DNA of 40,423 nucleotides from a virus (Duplodnaviria; Heunggongvirae; Uroviricota; Caudoviricetes): IMG/VR virus record IMGVR_UViG_2713896906_000007, positions 1 to 40,423 of that record; one strand, 5' to 3'. Shown piece by piece: positions 19,152 to 29,722 of this stretch (position 1 is its first letter; each line of letters starts with the position of its first letter). The notes under the pieces were generated by a model. It saw only the letters and a program-made list of their open reading frames with translations, ran no database searches and was not told where the DNA came from. The position numbers and the translations under genes were made by a program.

Positions 19152-20370
19152 TGGCGTTATCCTTCTGCTTACCGGCTTTACTGCCATCGGAGGGTTTCGT
19201 GGTCATGTTCATCGGTGTGAGATAGACATCACCACCGGGACGCGGATTCATATCTTCCAGGTCGCGGCAGTCATTGGGAGAGTAAATTCCCCAGTTGATC
19301 CCGGTGGCGTAGGCTTCAAAACGGGACTTCATATCCCCGCGCAGTAACGCCCCGGCGTTAAATTTGGCGTAATAAACGCCCTGCTTACTTTTTCGTACCA
19401 GTCCGGTGTTGATCCGCTGTTCGATGCGGGTCAGATACGGCACCAGTGAATAGTTGATAAATCCCAGCCCCAGCTCTTCAATATTGTTGAAGGTGGCACG
19501 ATCGGTGTTCTGCACCATGTGCAACGGCACCCGGAACAGACGACAGATTTCTTCAAGCTGAAACTTGCGGGTTTCCAGGAACTGGCTGTCCTCGGCGTTC
19601 AGCGCCATCGACTTCCAGTCCAGCCCCATCTCAAGGATCATCGGGCGGTGAGCATTACCAAGCCCGGTGTGACGCTCCTCAAAATCTTTCTTCAGGCGCT
19701 CGTAAGCCTGATCTGACAGCGTCTGCTCTGTACGCAACACACCCGACGTCACCGCGCCATTGCTGAACAGTCTGGCCCCGTGCTCTTCGGTCGCTGCCGC
19801 CAGCGATATTGCCTCGCGGGCATAGGCGATGGGATTCAGCCCCACCAGTCCGTCCAGCGTCAGCGTGCGCACATGCCAGATATCCTCCTGGCTCAGTACA
19901 TCCGTGGAGCCATCCGGGAATGTGACCTGATAGACCGGCTCCCAGCTACTGTTAAGCTTCGGTACCACACAGCCGGGATCGACGGGCAGCAGTTCAGCCA
20001 CTTCGCCAAATGCTTTCACTTTGTAGGCGTAAAAGTTTCCCCGCAGGCACAGACAGGTGACCACCAGCTCCCAGAACTCCTGCGGCGTCATATAGCCATT
20101 GGGATGCGTGGAGATCAGCTTATGCAGACGTTCGCCGGTGGCTCTCTGCTTCAGGCTGCCGTTCAGGTGATACAGGTTGCAGGGCAACATCCCGACCGAC
20201 TCCGCCAGCACCCTGACACAGGAAAAAACCGCCGTCAGTCGCATGGCCCGCTGGCTGCTGATCTGCTTTCCTGTATAGGTGTCGTAGGACAACCCGATAG
20301 CATCCGCCAGCTCTGCTGGCGTGGTCACCGGTGCGTCACTTTTTCGTTGAAATAATCCCGAAAAGAACAC
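19129..20370 (-). CDS. Portal protein (HK97 family)
   Basis: 413 aa immediately downstream of the terminase region. Confidence 0.85.
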   Translation of the reverse strand: MFFSGLFQRKSDAPVTTPAELADAIGLSYDTYTGKQISSQRAMRLTAVFSCVRVLAESVGMLPCNLYHLNGSLKQRATGERLHKLISTHPNGYMTPQEFWELVVTCLCLRGNFYAYKVKAFGEVAELLPVDPGCVVPKLNSSWEPVYQVTFPDGSTDVLSQEDIWHVRTLTLDGLVGLNPIAYAREAISLAAATEEHGARLFSNGAVTSGVLRTEQTLSDQAYERLKKDFEERHTGLGNAHRPMILEMGLDWKSMALNAEDSQFLETRKFQLEEICRLFRVPLHMVQNTDRATFNNIEELGLGFINYSLVPYLTRIEQRINTGLVRKSKQGVYYAKFNAGALLRGDMKSRFEAYATGINWGIYSPNDCRDLEDMNPRPGGDVYLTPMNMTTKPSDGSKAGKQKDNANADETTS

Positions 20371-20552
20371 TATTTACCTCCGCCGACAGACGACTGTGTA
20401 CGGTCGAGATATCGCGCCACCAGCCACGACCAGAACAGGCACAACGCCCCGGCAACAACAAACCCCGCCGGGGGATAAATCAGCCAGGCACCATACGCCA
20501 GCAAAAGCGCCCCCAGCACGCCCACCAGAGGCGCGAGAATCAGCATGATCAT
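20370..20552 (-). CDS. Small hypothetical membrane protein
   Basis: 60 aa, strongly hydrophobic ([23 protein letters not shown]). Lies between terminase large subunit and portal. Confidence 0.35.
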
Positions 20553-20563
20553 AATTACCTCAG

Positions 20564-22297
20564 TTAAAGCGAGCGGATCCCATAGGACTCAATGTGGTCA
20601 GACAGCGTGTCTTCTTTCTCGTACAGCATGGCTCTGCCAACCGCCATAATCAGCGCAACTGCACCATCGATTTTGTTTTCCGCCTGCTCTTTGACGGGCT
20701 TCACCACATCATCGTTACCCGGAATGGTTTTGCCGACCACGTTGCCGATACACCAGGTCATGATGGGATTGCCATCATGATGAAAGCGCCCCGATTCAAT
20801 TGCCGCTTCCAGCTCTTTCATCGGGTCGGACATGTTGGTGTAGTTCTGAATGATAGTGACGGGGTTCAGGTCTTCATCAGCAAGGTCATGTGAGAGCCCG
20901 GTCGCCCCGAAGGGGTCGATGGGTGACTCGCTGACCGGGCTGATTTTGTTCGCCGCTTTGGCCTCTTCGAGGATGTAGCGATAATCCACCTCTGCACCAT
21001 CGGTAACGGTCAGGACGCCCATTTCCACCCATTTCTGAAAGCGTTCGGCTGTCCGTCGATCTTCATTTTTCTCGACGCTGTACACCGTGTCATACGGTAC
21101 CCAGAAACGCGGGGCCACACTGTAGTAATGCGTTTTACCGTCAATCTCGCGGGTATAAAGTCGCGCCATGCTGTTCATATCCAGCTTACGCGCCAGGTCA
21201 AAGGCCAGAATGCACGGCTGCCCCTCGAACTGCTCAAGGGTCAGTGATTTATCCTCGCAGCTCTGCCAGCTTACCAGGTTGAAATACGCCGAACGCGCCG
21301 ACACCCAGATATTGAGGTGTTTTGTTTTAAAGACGTTTGCCAGACGGGCGTTATTTTTCGCACGCTGCTGCTGACTTAACAAAAATTCGCGATAAACCGA
21401 CACGCCAATATTTGGATTGGCTTTTTCCAGCACCTGCGGGTCGGTCCAGTCGTCACCTTCATCAACGGTATAGATGATCCCGAACAGTTCATCGTTGGGT
21501 ACCGAACCGTTGAGCATCTCGATGACTTCCCGCCGTTTGTCGTAGCACGGCCCCTCAATGTTGTACCCGGCGGTAGTGATAGCCCACATCAGTGGCTGAC
21601 GTCGCGCCCCCATCCCGGTAAGCATCGTGGTGTAAAGCGCATCTGTGGCGTGCTCGTGATATTCATCCACCACCGCACAGTGGGGTGATGAACCATCACC
21701 AGGGTTACCGATCAGCGGTTCAAAACGCGCACCATCCTCCGGACGGTTCATGTTTGAGGCGTTAACCTCAATCCCGAACGCTTCCGTCAGCATGGGTGTG
21801 CGTTTACACATCAGTCGTGCCGGACGAAAGACTTCCCACGCCTGTTTCTCCGTCGTGGCACCGGAATACACTTCCGCGCCAAACTCGTTATCACAGGCAA
21901 AACAATACAGGGCAACACCGGCAGAGATTGCCGATTTGCCGTTCTTACGGGGGATTTCGGTATACACCTCCCGGAAGCGGCGCAATCGGGAGCCTTTATT
22001 GACCCAGCCAAACGCACAGCAGATCACAAATAGCTGCCACGGCTCCAGCGTGATGGGCATCCGTTTAAATGCCCACTCACCCTTGGTGTGCGGCAACAGC
22101 TGAATAAATTTGGCGGCCCGTTCAGCCAGGTCCTTGTCGAAGCGGTAACGAAACGACTTACTTTTTTCCGCCATCAGGTCATCAAGATGGCGCTGGCAGG
22201 CCTGAATCACAAACTGGCAGGCCACAATCTTTCCGCGCACGACATCACGGGCATACTGATTGGCAGCATTTACGTTGGGGTAAGATTTCCGGCTCAT
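20564..22297 (-). CDS. Terminase large subunit
   Basis: 577 aa with Walker A (PRKNGKS) and Walker B (VVDEYHE) motifs. Confidence 0.9.
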
Positions 22298-22797
22298 GAT
22301 TCGATGATTTTCAGAAACGGGTTAGTGGCTTTCTTCTGCCCCGCCAGGCCAATCAGACGCTGGCGGCTGCTGGGGTCGAGTCCGAGCATTGCCCCCGTGC
22401 TGCTCATCTCGGACTCCTGTTCTTTCTTGACGGTCAGCTCCGGATTTTTGACCATGCCGCCCATTGCACCGGTGATGGTGTTGCCCTGTCTGGCAATATT
22501 TTTCACGGCACGTCGCCAGAACTCATAGGCCACGCACCACCGCTCAAGCACTGCGAGGTCAGTCACGCACAGCAGGCCCTGACCGCAGAGTTCTTTGGTT
22601 GTCAGTTGCCACATGATCGTGGCGAGAGGAAGCTCTTCTTCAGCGAACCACTCCGGTGGCTCAACACCTTTGATGGGCGTAAAAACAGGTTCATCTTTGT
22701 TCAGGGCTCGCTTGCCGGGGTTTCCGGCCAGCGCCTTGCGCGCCGTTGGCTTAGGGCGACGCCCGGAACGCCCCGCCGTTCCAGCCATATGCGGCAC
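22294..22797 (-). CDS. Terminase small subunit (P27 family)
   Basis: 167 aa with basic N-terminus, immediately upstream of and overlapping the large subunit. Confidence 0.75.
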   Translation of the reverse strand: MPHMAGTAGRSGRRPKPTARKALAGNPGKRALNKDEPVFTPIKGVEPPEWFAEEELPLATIMWQLTTKELCGQGLLCVTDLAVLERWCVAYEFWRRAVKNIARQGNTITGAMGGMVKNPELTVKKEQESEMSSTGAMLGLDPSSRQRLIGLAGQKKATNPFLKIIES

Positions 22798-22913
22798 TCC
22801 TGGTTAAATTTCATTTTTCGCGGGTATAAAAAAACGATGGGGCGGGCAGTCCGGAAGACGTCAGGTCACAGGGATTTGACCCGCCCCTCCCCTCTGGCAG
22901 TGGAAACTGGTTC

Positions 22914-23264
22914 TTACTTCAGCCGTTCACGGGCCGTCTTCGCCTTATGACACGGCCAGCACAGGCTCTGCAGATTACTGTCTGCATCGGTGCCGCCATG
23001 CGCTTTAGGGATGATGTGATCAACAGTTTTCGCCTCACGCACCACACCAGCACGCAGACATAACTGACACAGGCCTTTGTCACGCTTGAGCACACGTTCA
23101 CGGATAACATCCCATTTCGAACCATAACCGCGCTGATAACGGGATTGTCCTGGCTTGTATTGCTTCCAGCCTTCGCTTTTGTGGCTTTCGCAGTAGCCTG
23201 ACGGGTCAGTCGTGGTATTGCGGCAGCCGCGAACACGGCAGGCTTTTGGGGTTCGTGGTGGCAT
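22914..23264 (-). CDS. HNH endonuclease (terminase-associated)
   Basis: 116 aa with VDHIIPKAHGG ... CWPCH HNH core. Directly upstream of the terminase genes. Confidence 0.85.
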   Translation of the reverse strand: MPPRTPKACRVRGCRNTTTDPSGYCESHKSEGWKQYKPGQSRYQRGYGSKWDVIRERVLKRDKGLCQLCLRAGVVREAKTVDHIIPKAHGGTDADSNLQSLCWPCHKAKTARERLK

Positions 23265-23335
23265 TTAAAGTTTTCCTGCAATCATCACGATGATGTTTGT
23301 CCATGGTGATGACAACAAAAAACGCCAGAAGGCGG

Positions 23336-23944
23336 CTATAAAATGTGCTCTAGAATCCGCATATTTCCTTCAAAAAGTATTTCCTTTTTTAACGGATCAA
23401 CTATTTCACCACTCCAATATTTATGAGCTTTTTCTAAGGCAATATCATACGGTATATCGTCATTCATCAAATGTTCATCACTCGCCTCATGTATAACTCC
23501 ATCCAACTCAACTCTGAACACAGTCTGATTGTCCCCAAATCCCAACTGCGAAATCCAATAATGAAGACTTTCTTCACCTTGTGAAACCCATAAGCATTTC
23601 TGTCTTGAAGGCTTTTTTGGATAATATTCAACTCGAACGGCTTCCCAAATCAGTTCTCTAGTATATTTACAAAAATGCATAGCCAATTCTTGACCAACTG
23701 CCGCTATATCCTGTACAGAACACTTAGTAGTAAGTGACCCTGTCTTTAGGCCATAAAGCCACTGCATTCTCGTATAGTCAGTTAGATGCCCGTTAACATT
23801 TACTGGTATTGGAGGGATGTTTGAACTTAAGAAATAATTAAAAAAGGGATTTGGGAATGAGGTGCTAGCTAAATCTCCTACTGCCAAAGGCCTATACTTA
23901 ACCCAAGGATTTTGCGATTTAGTTGTTATGTAAAAATAGTCCAT
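23336..23944 (-). CDS. Hypothetical moron protein (202 aa) of unknown function
   Basis: AT-rich ORF between the lysis cassette and HNH/terminase. No motif recognised. Confidence 0.55.
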   Translation of the reverse strand: MDYFYITTKSQNPWVKYRPLAVGDLASTSFPNPFFNYFLSSNIPPIPVNVNGHLTDYTRMQWLYGLKTGSLTTKCSVQDIAAVGQELAMHFCKYTRELIWEAVRVEYYPKKPSRQKCLWVSQGEESLHYWISQLGFGDNQTVFRVELDGVIHEASDEHLMNDDIPYDIALEKAHKYWSGEIVDPLKKEILFEGNMRILEHIL

Positions 23945-24049
23945 GCGTACTTACCACTATAAAAAAGACACCTTACCACTATATTTTACACAAGCAACCA
24001 ACATTTAGCAGCACCTATTCGCAATAACTATTTATTCCAGCAAAAGAGT

Positions 24050-24529
24050 TTACTTCCGACACTGAGTGTCAATATATTCCTGTAACGCTCTCAATGATGC
24101 TTGATCTCTGATAATTCCGGATCTGATACCGAGAAGGTTTCGTCCAGCAATTGGAGAGAGTTCGACGGTGGCATCATTGCCCACGCTGGCGGTGCCGGAG
24201 GCTTTTGTTGTGGCTGGCACTGGACATCTGCCTTTGACGAGCACCCTACCACCATTATCAAGCTTGCGCCGAAGAGCATCATTTTCAGCTTTCGCATCAG
24301 CTAACTCCTTCGTGTATTTAGCATCAAGTGCATCAGCATCACGCTGGCGCTGCTGCATGTCAGTAATGGTGGCGGTCGCCAGCTGCAGCTCACTGACTTT
24401 TTTATCGCGCTGGTCTTTATAGGTGATGGCGTTATCACGGTAATGATTAACAGCCCATGACAGGCAGACGATGATGCAGATAACCAGAACGGAGATAATC
24501 GCGGTTACCCTGCTCATTGTTGCCCCCAC
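24050..24529 (-). CDS. Rz-like inner-membrane spanin
   Basis: N-terminal TM segment ([14 protein letters not shown]) followed by a coiled-coil region. Overlaps the endolysin 3' end. Confidence 0.75.
   Translation of the reverse strand: MGATMSRVTAIISVLVICIIVCLSWAVNHYRDNAITYKDQRDKKVSELQLATATITDMQQRQRDADALDAKYTKELADAKAENDALRRKLDNGGRVLVKGRCPVPATTKASGTASVGNDATVELSPIAGRNLLGIRSGIIRDQASLRALQEYIDTQCRK
24091..24297 (-). CDS. Rz1-like outer-membrane lipoprotein spanin, embedded in Rz in another frame
   Basis: Signal peptide plus lipobox (LIMVVGCSS) and Pro-rich mature part. Lies entirely within the Rz gene. Confidence 0.7.
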   Translation of the reverse strand: MRKLKMMLFGASLIMVVGCSSKADVQCQPQQKPPAPPAWAMMPPSNSLQLLDETFSVSDPELSEIKHH

Positions 24530-25014
24530 AAACAGACCTCACGCTCAATCTCACGACGAGTCATCAGGCCTTTCCATTGCTTACCGCCAGCGTATGTCCA
24601 GCGACGTAGCTGGTCACATGCGCCCTTGATATCGCCCTGGTTTATTTTGCGAAGAAGAGTAGATGTTCTGAAATTGCCTGCGCCCACGTTATAGACGAAC
24701 GAGTAAAGAGCGCCGCGCGTTGTTTCCGGTATATCGACTTTCATGTACGGGTTAATTTGTCTGGCGACAGTGACAAAGTCTTTATTCAGGAGGGCTTTGC
24801 ATTCTGCTTCGGTATACGTTTTACCGAGCATAATGTCTTTTCCGGTGTGCCCGTAACATACAGTCCATACGCCAACGATATCTTTATATGGTATGTAGCT
24901 GACACCTTCCAGACCATCGTCACCACTCGGACCAGTGATAAGCACAGACGCTATGGCAACAGCCCCACCACCAATAGCAGCTGCAACAGCCTTGCGTAAT
25001 GATGGCGACATCAT
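24514..25014 (-). CDS. SAR endolysin (T4-type lysozyme with N-terminal signal-anchor-release domain)
   Basis: Gly/Ala-rich weakly hydrophobic N-terminus ([18 protein letters not shown]) followed by a lysozyme domain. Start overlaps the holin stop. Confidence 0.8.
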   Translation of the reverse strand: MMSPSLRKAVAAAIGGGAVAIASVLITGPSGDDGLEGVSYIPYKDIVGVWTVCYGHTGKDIMLGKTYTEAECKALLNKDFVTVARQINPYMKVDIPETTRGALYSFVYNVGAGNFRTSTLLRKINQGDIKGACDQLRRWTYAGGKQWKGLMTRREIEREVCLWGQQ

Positions 25015-25226
25015 TCACCTCTCGCAGCCTTACGCTTGTCTTCTCTGATTTTGAAGTACAGATTTGTCAGATAAGTCAGGAAGCCCAGAACCAGACTTCC
25101 CAGCACACCAATAGCAGCCCACTGTGATGGACTGACCTGATCAAGCCACTGTAAAAACCAGTAGCCAGCACTGCCTGCGGAGGTGCCGTAGGCAATGCCC
25201 GTTGTTAACTTGTCCATGGATTTCAT
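25011..25226 (-). CDS. Pinholin (phage 21 S-like), dual-start motif
   Basis: MKSMDKL...[53 protein letters not shown] closely matches S21. GGAGGTGA lies upstream of the ATG at 25224-25226, with a second Met at codon 4. Confidence 0.8.
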   Translation of the reverse strand: MKSMDKLTTGIAYGTSAGSAGYWFLQWLDQVSPSQWAAIGVLGSLVLGFLTYLTNLYFKIREDKRKAARGE

Positions 25227-25320
25227 AGCCTCACCTCCGCAAATAACGGATGGTGTACACGGTTCGGAACGAAGAGGGAAAGGTATAGAAGTTACATTAG
25301 CGTAAGGCTTGAACATCTAT

Positions 25321-25353
25321 TCAAAAAGAAAAACGCCAGCGATTATTCTGGCG
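25321..25353 (-). terminator. Rho-independent terminator downstream of the AraC-family gene
   Basis: Minus strand: ACGCCAG-loop-CTGGCGT followed by TTTTTCTTTTT. Confidence 0.5.
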
Positions 25354-25415
25354 TAGCTGAAAGCATCATACAATTATCAAATACGAAAATTACAAAATCA
25401 TTAAAACGCATCACG

Positions 25416-26156
25416 TTACATCATTTCTTTTTCTAAAAAAAATCTTGATGAATATTGATGGGGAGGAACACCAAAATATCTTCTGAAAACACTTACAAAA
25501 TATGACGTGTTTTCATAACCGCATATCTCAGCAACTTTCCCAACAGAATATAAATTGTAGCTTAATAACCTTTCCGCCATCACCATTCGCTCTTCAAGAA
25601 TTAATTTACTAAATGATAAGCCTTCGTGCTTTAATTTTCTTTTTAACAGACTTTCACTCAGATACAGCCTTGAAGATATATCACAAAGTCTCCATGCTGC
25701 AGATATATCCGTGTGAATAATAGCCTTAACTTTACTTCCTAAACTATTAAGACATCCAAATAAAAAACTTTGCACTATTTTCTCTGAAGATAAGATAGCA
25801 AGACATGCAAGTGATATTTGATTTCTAACAACATCCACAGTTCTGCCATCACAATTCAAGCATGCAATCAAGTTCTTTAACAATGAAAAATCTTCACATT
25901 CCACCATCAAGTATGCCGGATAAAACCTTCTTACAGAAAAAGGTGAGAGTGTGTTGCTTTTAAAGAAATCATTAACTGTTTTCTCTTCAACATCTACAAT
26001 CATTACATGATCTATATTTGATGAAAAAAAATCTTTTAAATTGTAATCAATGAGAACAGCACTTCCTTTTTTAAACAAAATATCTTCTTTACCAATTCGG
26101 ACATCAAACGAGTTCAACACCAAAATGATAGAACATATGTATGGCATATTATCCAC
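25416..26156 (-). CDS. AraC-family transcriptional regulator (AppY-like)
   Basis: 246 aa with C-terminal AraC-type HTH (...YENTSYFVSVFRRYFGVPPHQY). Very AT-rich. Confidence 0.75.
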   Translation of the reverse strand: MDNMPYICSIILVLNSFDVRIGKEDILFKKGSAVLIDYNLKDFFSSNIDHVMIVDVEEKTVNDFFKSNTLSPFSVRRFYPAYLMVECEDFSLLKNLIACLNCDGRTVDVVRNQISLACLAILSSEKIVQSFLFGCLNSLGSKVKAIIHTDISAAWRLCDISSRLYLSESLLKRKLKHEGLSFSKLILEERMVMAERLLSYNLYSVGKVAEICGYENTSYFVSVFRRYFGVPPHQYSSRFFLEKEMM

Positions 26157-26498
26157 CTGATATCATTGGGGTTACACCAGGTAAGTATAGGTGGAAAATC
26201 AATATTCGCCAGTTCAACAATAAGGAAAATCTCATTGCATCACAAGTATAAAATTATGTATTTAACTCACAAAGACAAATTATTAAACCAATCCGTTATA
26301 TTATATATAGCTACGTGGAATCATAATATTATATATTTTGACTGGCATGTTTACCAACTTTAAATTGTATCTCAATGGTTTGTTCAGCGTAAACAGAGTT
26401 TTTATACAAACTGACACTCTGGGTATCATAGTGTAGTTTTTACGATTGTAAATATCCTGCATGCAGGAACTCATCCTTTTGGATGATATCGCATACAA

Positions 26499-27458
26499 TT
26501 AATTTACCATCAGTCTTAGAGCCAGTTCGTCCGGATAGGGATCGAAGTAATTCTGTGTAAGCAAGTAATCATTAGGATACTCACCCAGATAATGCTTCAG
26601 CAGAGTCAACGGCGCAAGAAGAGGTAATGTGCCAGAACGATAGTTAAGTATAACCTCGCTCAACTCTTTACGCTGGCGTGTACTTAAGTAGTTACTAAAA
26701 TACCCCTGTATATGCATCAGCACATTCGTGTGATTTTTACGTGATGCAGGTTTTCTGAGAATCGCCATCAGCTTATCACGATACACCTCAAAGTATGATT
26801 CAAGGTCCGCCCACTCGTGTATTGCAGCCACAAATGGTCCCATATCTTTATAGCCTGCCTGACTATGCGCCAACAACTGAAGCTTATAACGACTATGAAA
26901 AGCTAATAACTCTCTTCTTGATAATTTCTCCTTGTAAAGGTGATTGAGCTCATGCAAAGCAAAAACTCTTTCAACAAAATTCTCACGAAGCACTGGATCA
27001 TGTAATCGCCCATCCTCTTCAACCGGTAGCCAGGAAAACTTTTCCATCAAAGTGCTCGTAAATAGTCCCACTCCATCTTTACGACCTCGATTACCATTTT
27101 CATCATAGACACGTACGCGCTCCATGCCACAGCTGGGAGATTTAGCACAAACCACAAACCCCGATACATCCTTTAATTTGTCCATATAAGAACGACTAAA
27201 CTCTGTCATTCTCTCTGTCACATCCTCATTCTGGTCGTGGCTGAAACACATCCGTATATTTCCTTGCGTCGAGCGCACAAGACGTAGAGCAGGACGCGGA
27301 ACTGGCAGCCCTATAGCCATTTCCGGACATACTGGTCTGAATGTTACCCATTCCACTAATTTGTCCATTAAAAAGTCAGCTCTTTTGTGACCACCATCAA
27401 AACGAACAGCAGAACCGGCCAAACAACCGCTGATTCCAATCACAGGTTTTTTTATCAT
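26499..27458 (-). CDS. DUF523/DUF1722 fusion protein (YbgA/TudS-like)
   Basis: N-terminus MIKKPVIGISGCLAGSAVRFDGGHK is typical of DUF523, including the Cys ligands. 319 aa. Confidence 0.7.
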   Translation of the reverse strand: MIKKPVIGISGCLAGSAVRFDGGHKRADFLMDKLVEWVTFRPVCPEMAIGLPVPRPALRLVRSTQGNIRMCFSHDQNEDVTERMTEFSRSYMDKLKDVSGFVVCAKSPSCGMERVRVYDENGNRGRKDGVGLFTSTLMEKFSWLPVEEDGRLHDPVLRENFVERVFALHELNHLYKEKLSRRELLAFHSRYKLQLLAHSQAGYKDMGPFVAAIHEWADLESYFEVYRDKLMAILRKPASRKNHTNVLMHIQGYFSNYLSTRQRKELSEVILNYRSGTLPLLAPLTLLKHYLGEYPNDYLLTQNYFDPYPDELALRLMVN

Positions 27459-27650
27459 ATCCTCCCCCTTGACTAATTCATTAACACATAAACTGTGTAG
27501 TGCACGGAATAAATTGCCTTTCTGGCGTCATCACTGACAATTTTTCTGTTATGGACTATTCCTAATATAGTATGAAAGTTCTTTAAGTGATCGGTCGTAA
27601 TCATCTATCTTTCATACTTACTCTCAACTATCAAAAGTACAGGATTTATT

Positions 27651-28175
27651 ATGAAGTTATGGCCTGTGTTGACTGGCATTGCACTCTCTTTCACTCTTAT
27701 AGCATGTAAGGCCCCGACACCACCTAAAGGTGTGCAGCCGATTACAAATTTTGACGCCAACCGCTACCTCGGAAAATGGTATGAAATAGCTCGCCTCGAG
27801 AACCGGTTCGAACGTGGTCTGGAACAGGTCAGCGCTACTTATGGAAAACGGAACGACGGAGGGATTCGTGTACTTAACCGTGGATACAATCCAACGAAAA
27901 ATAAATGGAGCGAGAGCGAAGGTAAAGCATACTTTACTGGAGATACTAAAACTGCAGCGTTGAAGGTTTCGTTTTTTGGCCCCTTCTATGGTGGCTATAA
28001 TGTAATCAAACTGGATGATGAGTATAAGTATGCTCTTGTCAGTGGTCCGAACAGAGAATACCTATGGATTCTGGCAAGGACCCCAACTATTCCAGATAAA
28101 GTAAAAGCAGACTATGTGCGAACCGCTCAAAAGTTGGGATTCAATGTCAATGAATTATTATGGGTTAAACAATAA
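27651..28175 (+). CDS. blc: Outer-membrane lipocalin Blc homologue (lipoprotein)
   Basis: Lipobox LIAC followed by NFDANRYLGKWYEIARLENRFERG and SFFGPFYGGYNVIKLD, matching Blc. Only plus-strand gene in this block. Confidence 0.85.
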   Translation: MKLWPVLTGIALSFTLIACKAPTPPKGVQPITNFDANRYLGKWYEIARLENRFERGLEQVSATYGKRNDGGIRVLNRGYNPTKNKWSESEGKAYFTGDTKTAALKVSFFGPFYGGYNVIKLDDEYKYALVSGPNREYLWILARTPTIPDKVKADYVRTAQKLGFNVNELLWVKQ

Positions 28176-28202
28176 AATCCCTACCCGAAATGATACTTAT
28201 TA

Positions 28203-28230
28203 GAAAAAATCCAGCCTTTGGGGAGGCTGG
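28203..28230 (-). terminator. Candidate tR'-like terminator downstream of Q
   Basis: Minus strand: CCAGCCT-loop-AGGCTGG followed by ATTTTTTC, ~100 nt after the Q stop. Confidence 0.4.
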
Positions 28231-28330
28231 CTAAATCAGGAAACAAGCTGTTATATGATAATAACTACGTTGCGATTCCAACATTTAAAATGTTGGACTA
28301 ATGACAATCAGACAGCAACATTTCCTTTAA

Positions 28331-28708
28331 TTATTTCGAACAATCAGCATCCATCTCCAATCGGAGCTCCAACACCATCAGCATGCCCTCCACTACGCCC
28401 TCAGCTTTCTGGAGCATCCTGCCAACCCAACAATCAGATCGCCCATGCTTACGTGCAAGCGCCATAAAAGTCATGCCGCCGACATAATAGTCCACCAATA
28501 AATCATGCAAATCGCTGTTGTTTTTTTTCAGGCGAGCCATACATCCACAAATGATCATCGCGTCATCGTCACAACATTGCGGGCGAGATTTTACTTTTGA
28601 AGGAATTAATCCCTTAAAACCGGCGGCAATGGACGACCAGGTCACATCTTCATGATTATTAGCCGCCCACGCTCCCCAACGCTCAAGAACCATCTGAATA
28701 TCACGCAT
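28331..28708 (-). CDS. Late-gene antiterminator Q
   Basis: [18 protein letters not shown]... recalled as the Q protein of 21-like E. coli prophages. ATG at 28706-28708 with GGAG upstream, 18 nt after the DUF968 stop. The track ORF extends upstream into the previous gene. Confidence 0.6.
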   Translation of the reverse strand: MRDIQMVLERWGAWAANNHEDVTWSSIAAGFKGLIPSKVKSRPQCCDDDAMIICGCMARLKKNNSDLHDLLVDYYVGGMTFMALARKHGRSDCWVGRMLQKAEGVVEGMLMVLELRLEMDADCSK

Positions 28709-28725
28709 CAACTTTCTCCACAAAA

Positions 28726-29721
28726 TCAGGCCAGCACACCAATCGCCAGCGCACGATCGATAAAACGAAATATCAGCTCCAGCTGGGAGCCATACTTCTC
28801 TTCGAATGCCACAGTATCCGCATGCAGCTCGTCGTGATGCTTTCTGCACAAAGGCAACACAAAGAGGTCATGCGCTTTTGTCCCCATTCCACCCTGACCG
28901 TGGCCTATCAGGTGGTGGGGATCATCAGCAGGTTTTCCACAACATGCGCACGGCTGCGTCTTAACCCATCGCGTGTACTTTTCATTAACCCAGCGGCGAC
29001 GTTTTGGGCGTAACATAAAAGAGTCCGGCGACTCCGGATCCACTTTCAGCGCCAGCACCTTTTTCGCTTTATCCTGGATGATGCTGGTGGTAGGAACCGA
29101 AGGCACCAGGTCACTTTCCCGGGTGACAGACGGCACAACAGGCTTCGGTAATCTCAGTGCCTTACGGGCTGCACTTTCCGGTAAGGCATCCGCCAGGTCA
29201 TTACGAATCAGCCACCAGCACAGTTCCGGCATTGTCACAACGTGACTGTCATCAAAACCGAGATCCCGACGCACAACAGACAACACCCAACGGGCACAGT
29301 TATCCGTTGCCATTGATTCCAGCCGTTCCGTGAACTGGTCACGCAGCTGGTTATCGCAGTGCCAGCACAGACGGATTGCGCCCGGAGCGTGCCGCATTGT
29401 GGTCATGTTCTCACTGTGCCAGTCGGAATGAGGCCACTGACAGCCCTTTTCACGAAGTAACCAGCTTTCAAGACATTCCACGCCACCAGCACGACGGATC
29501 ACTGCCTCATTGCGGAACACGGCCCGAACGGCAGGATCATCCGCCAGCGGTTGTGATGCCGCCGGAACGGCACCACTGGCGAAAGATGAATAACGTTCCG
29601 GCTCAGGCTCCAGCAGGACACGCCCCTGCATAAACAGGGGCATCAGCTCTGAACCTGGCCTGAACAATACGATCCCCATACGCGGGGCAATTTCAGGGGT
29701 CAGTAGTGCTCTCACGGTCAC
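28726..29721 (-). CDS. DUF968-family protein (YdfU-like) with C-terminal HNH-like Cys/His motif
   Basis: C-terminus [18 protein letters not shown]...[10 protein letters not shown]. ninR position upstream of Q. Confidence 0.65.
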   Translation of the reverse strand: MTVRALLTPEIAPRMGIVLFRPGSELMPLFMQGRVLLEPEPERYSSFASGAVPAASQPLADDPAVRAVFRNEAVIRRAGGVECLESWLLREKGCQWPHSDWHSENMTTMRHAPGAIRLCWHCDNQLRDQFTERLESMATDNCARWVLSVVRRDLGFDDSHVVTMPELCWWLIRNDLADALPESAARKALRLPKPVVPSVTRESDLVPSVPTTSIIQDKAKKVLALKVDPESPDSFMLRPKRRRWVNEKYTRWVKTQPCACCGKPADDPHHLIGHGQGGMGTKAHDLFVLPLCRKHHDELHADTVAFEEKYGSQLELIFRFIDRALAIGVLA

Positions 29722-29722
29722 C

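Noticed and set aside
28255-28467. 70-aa plus-strand ORF downstream of blc
   Set aside because: Overlaps the Q gene 3' end and the terminator-containing intergenic region, with no RBS.
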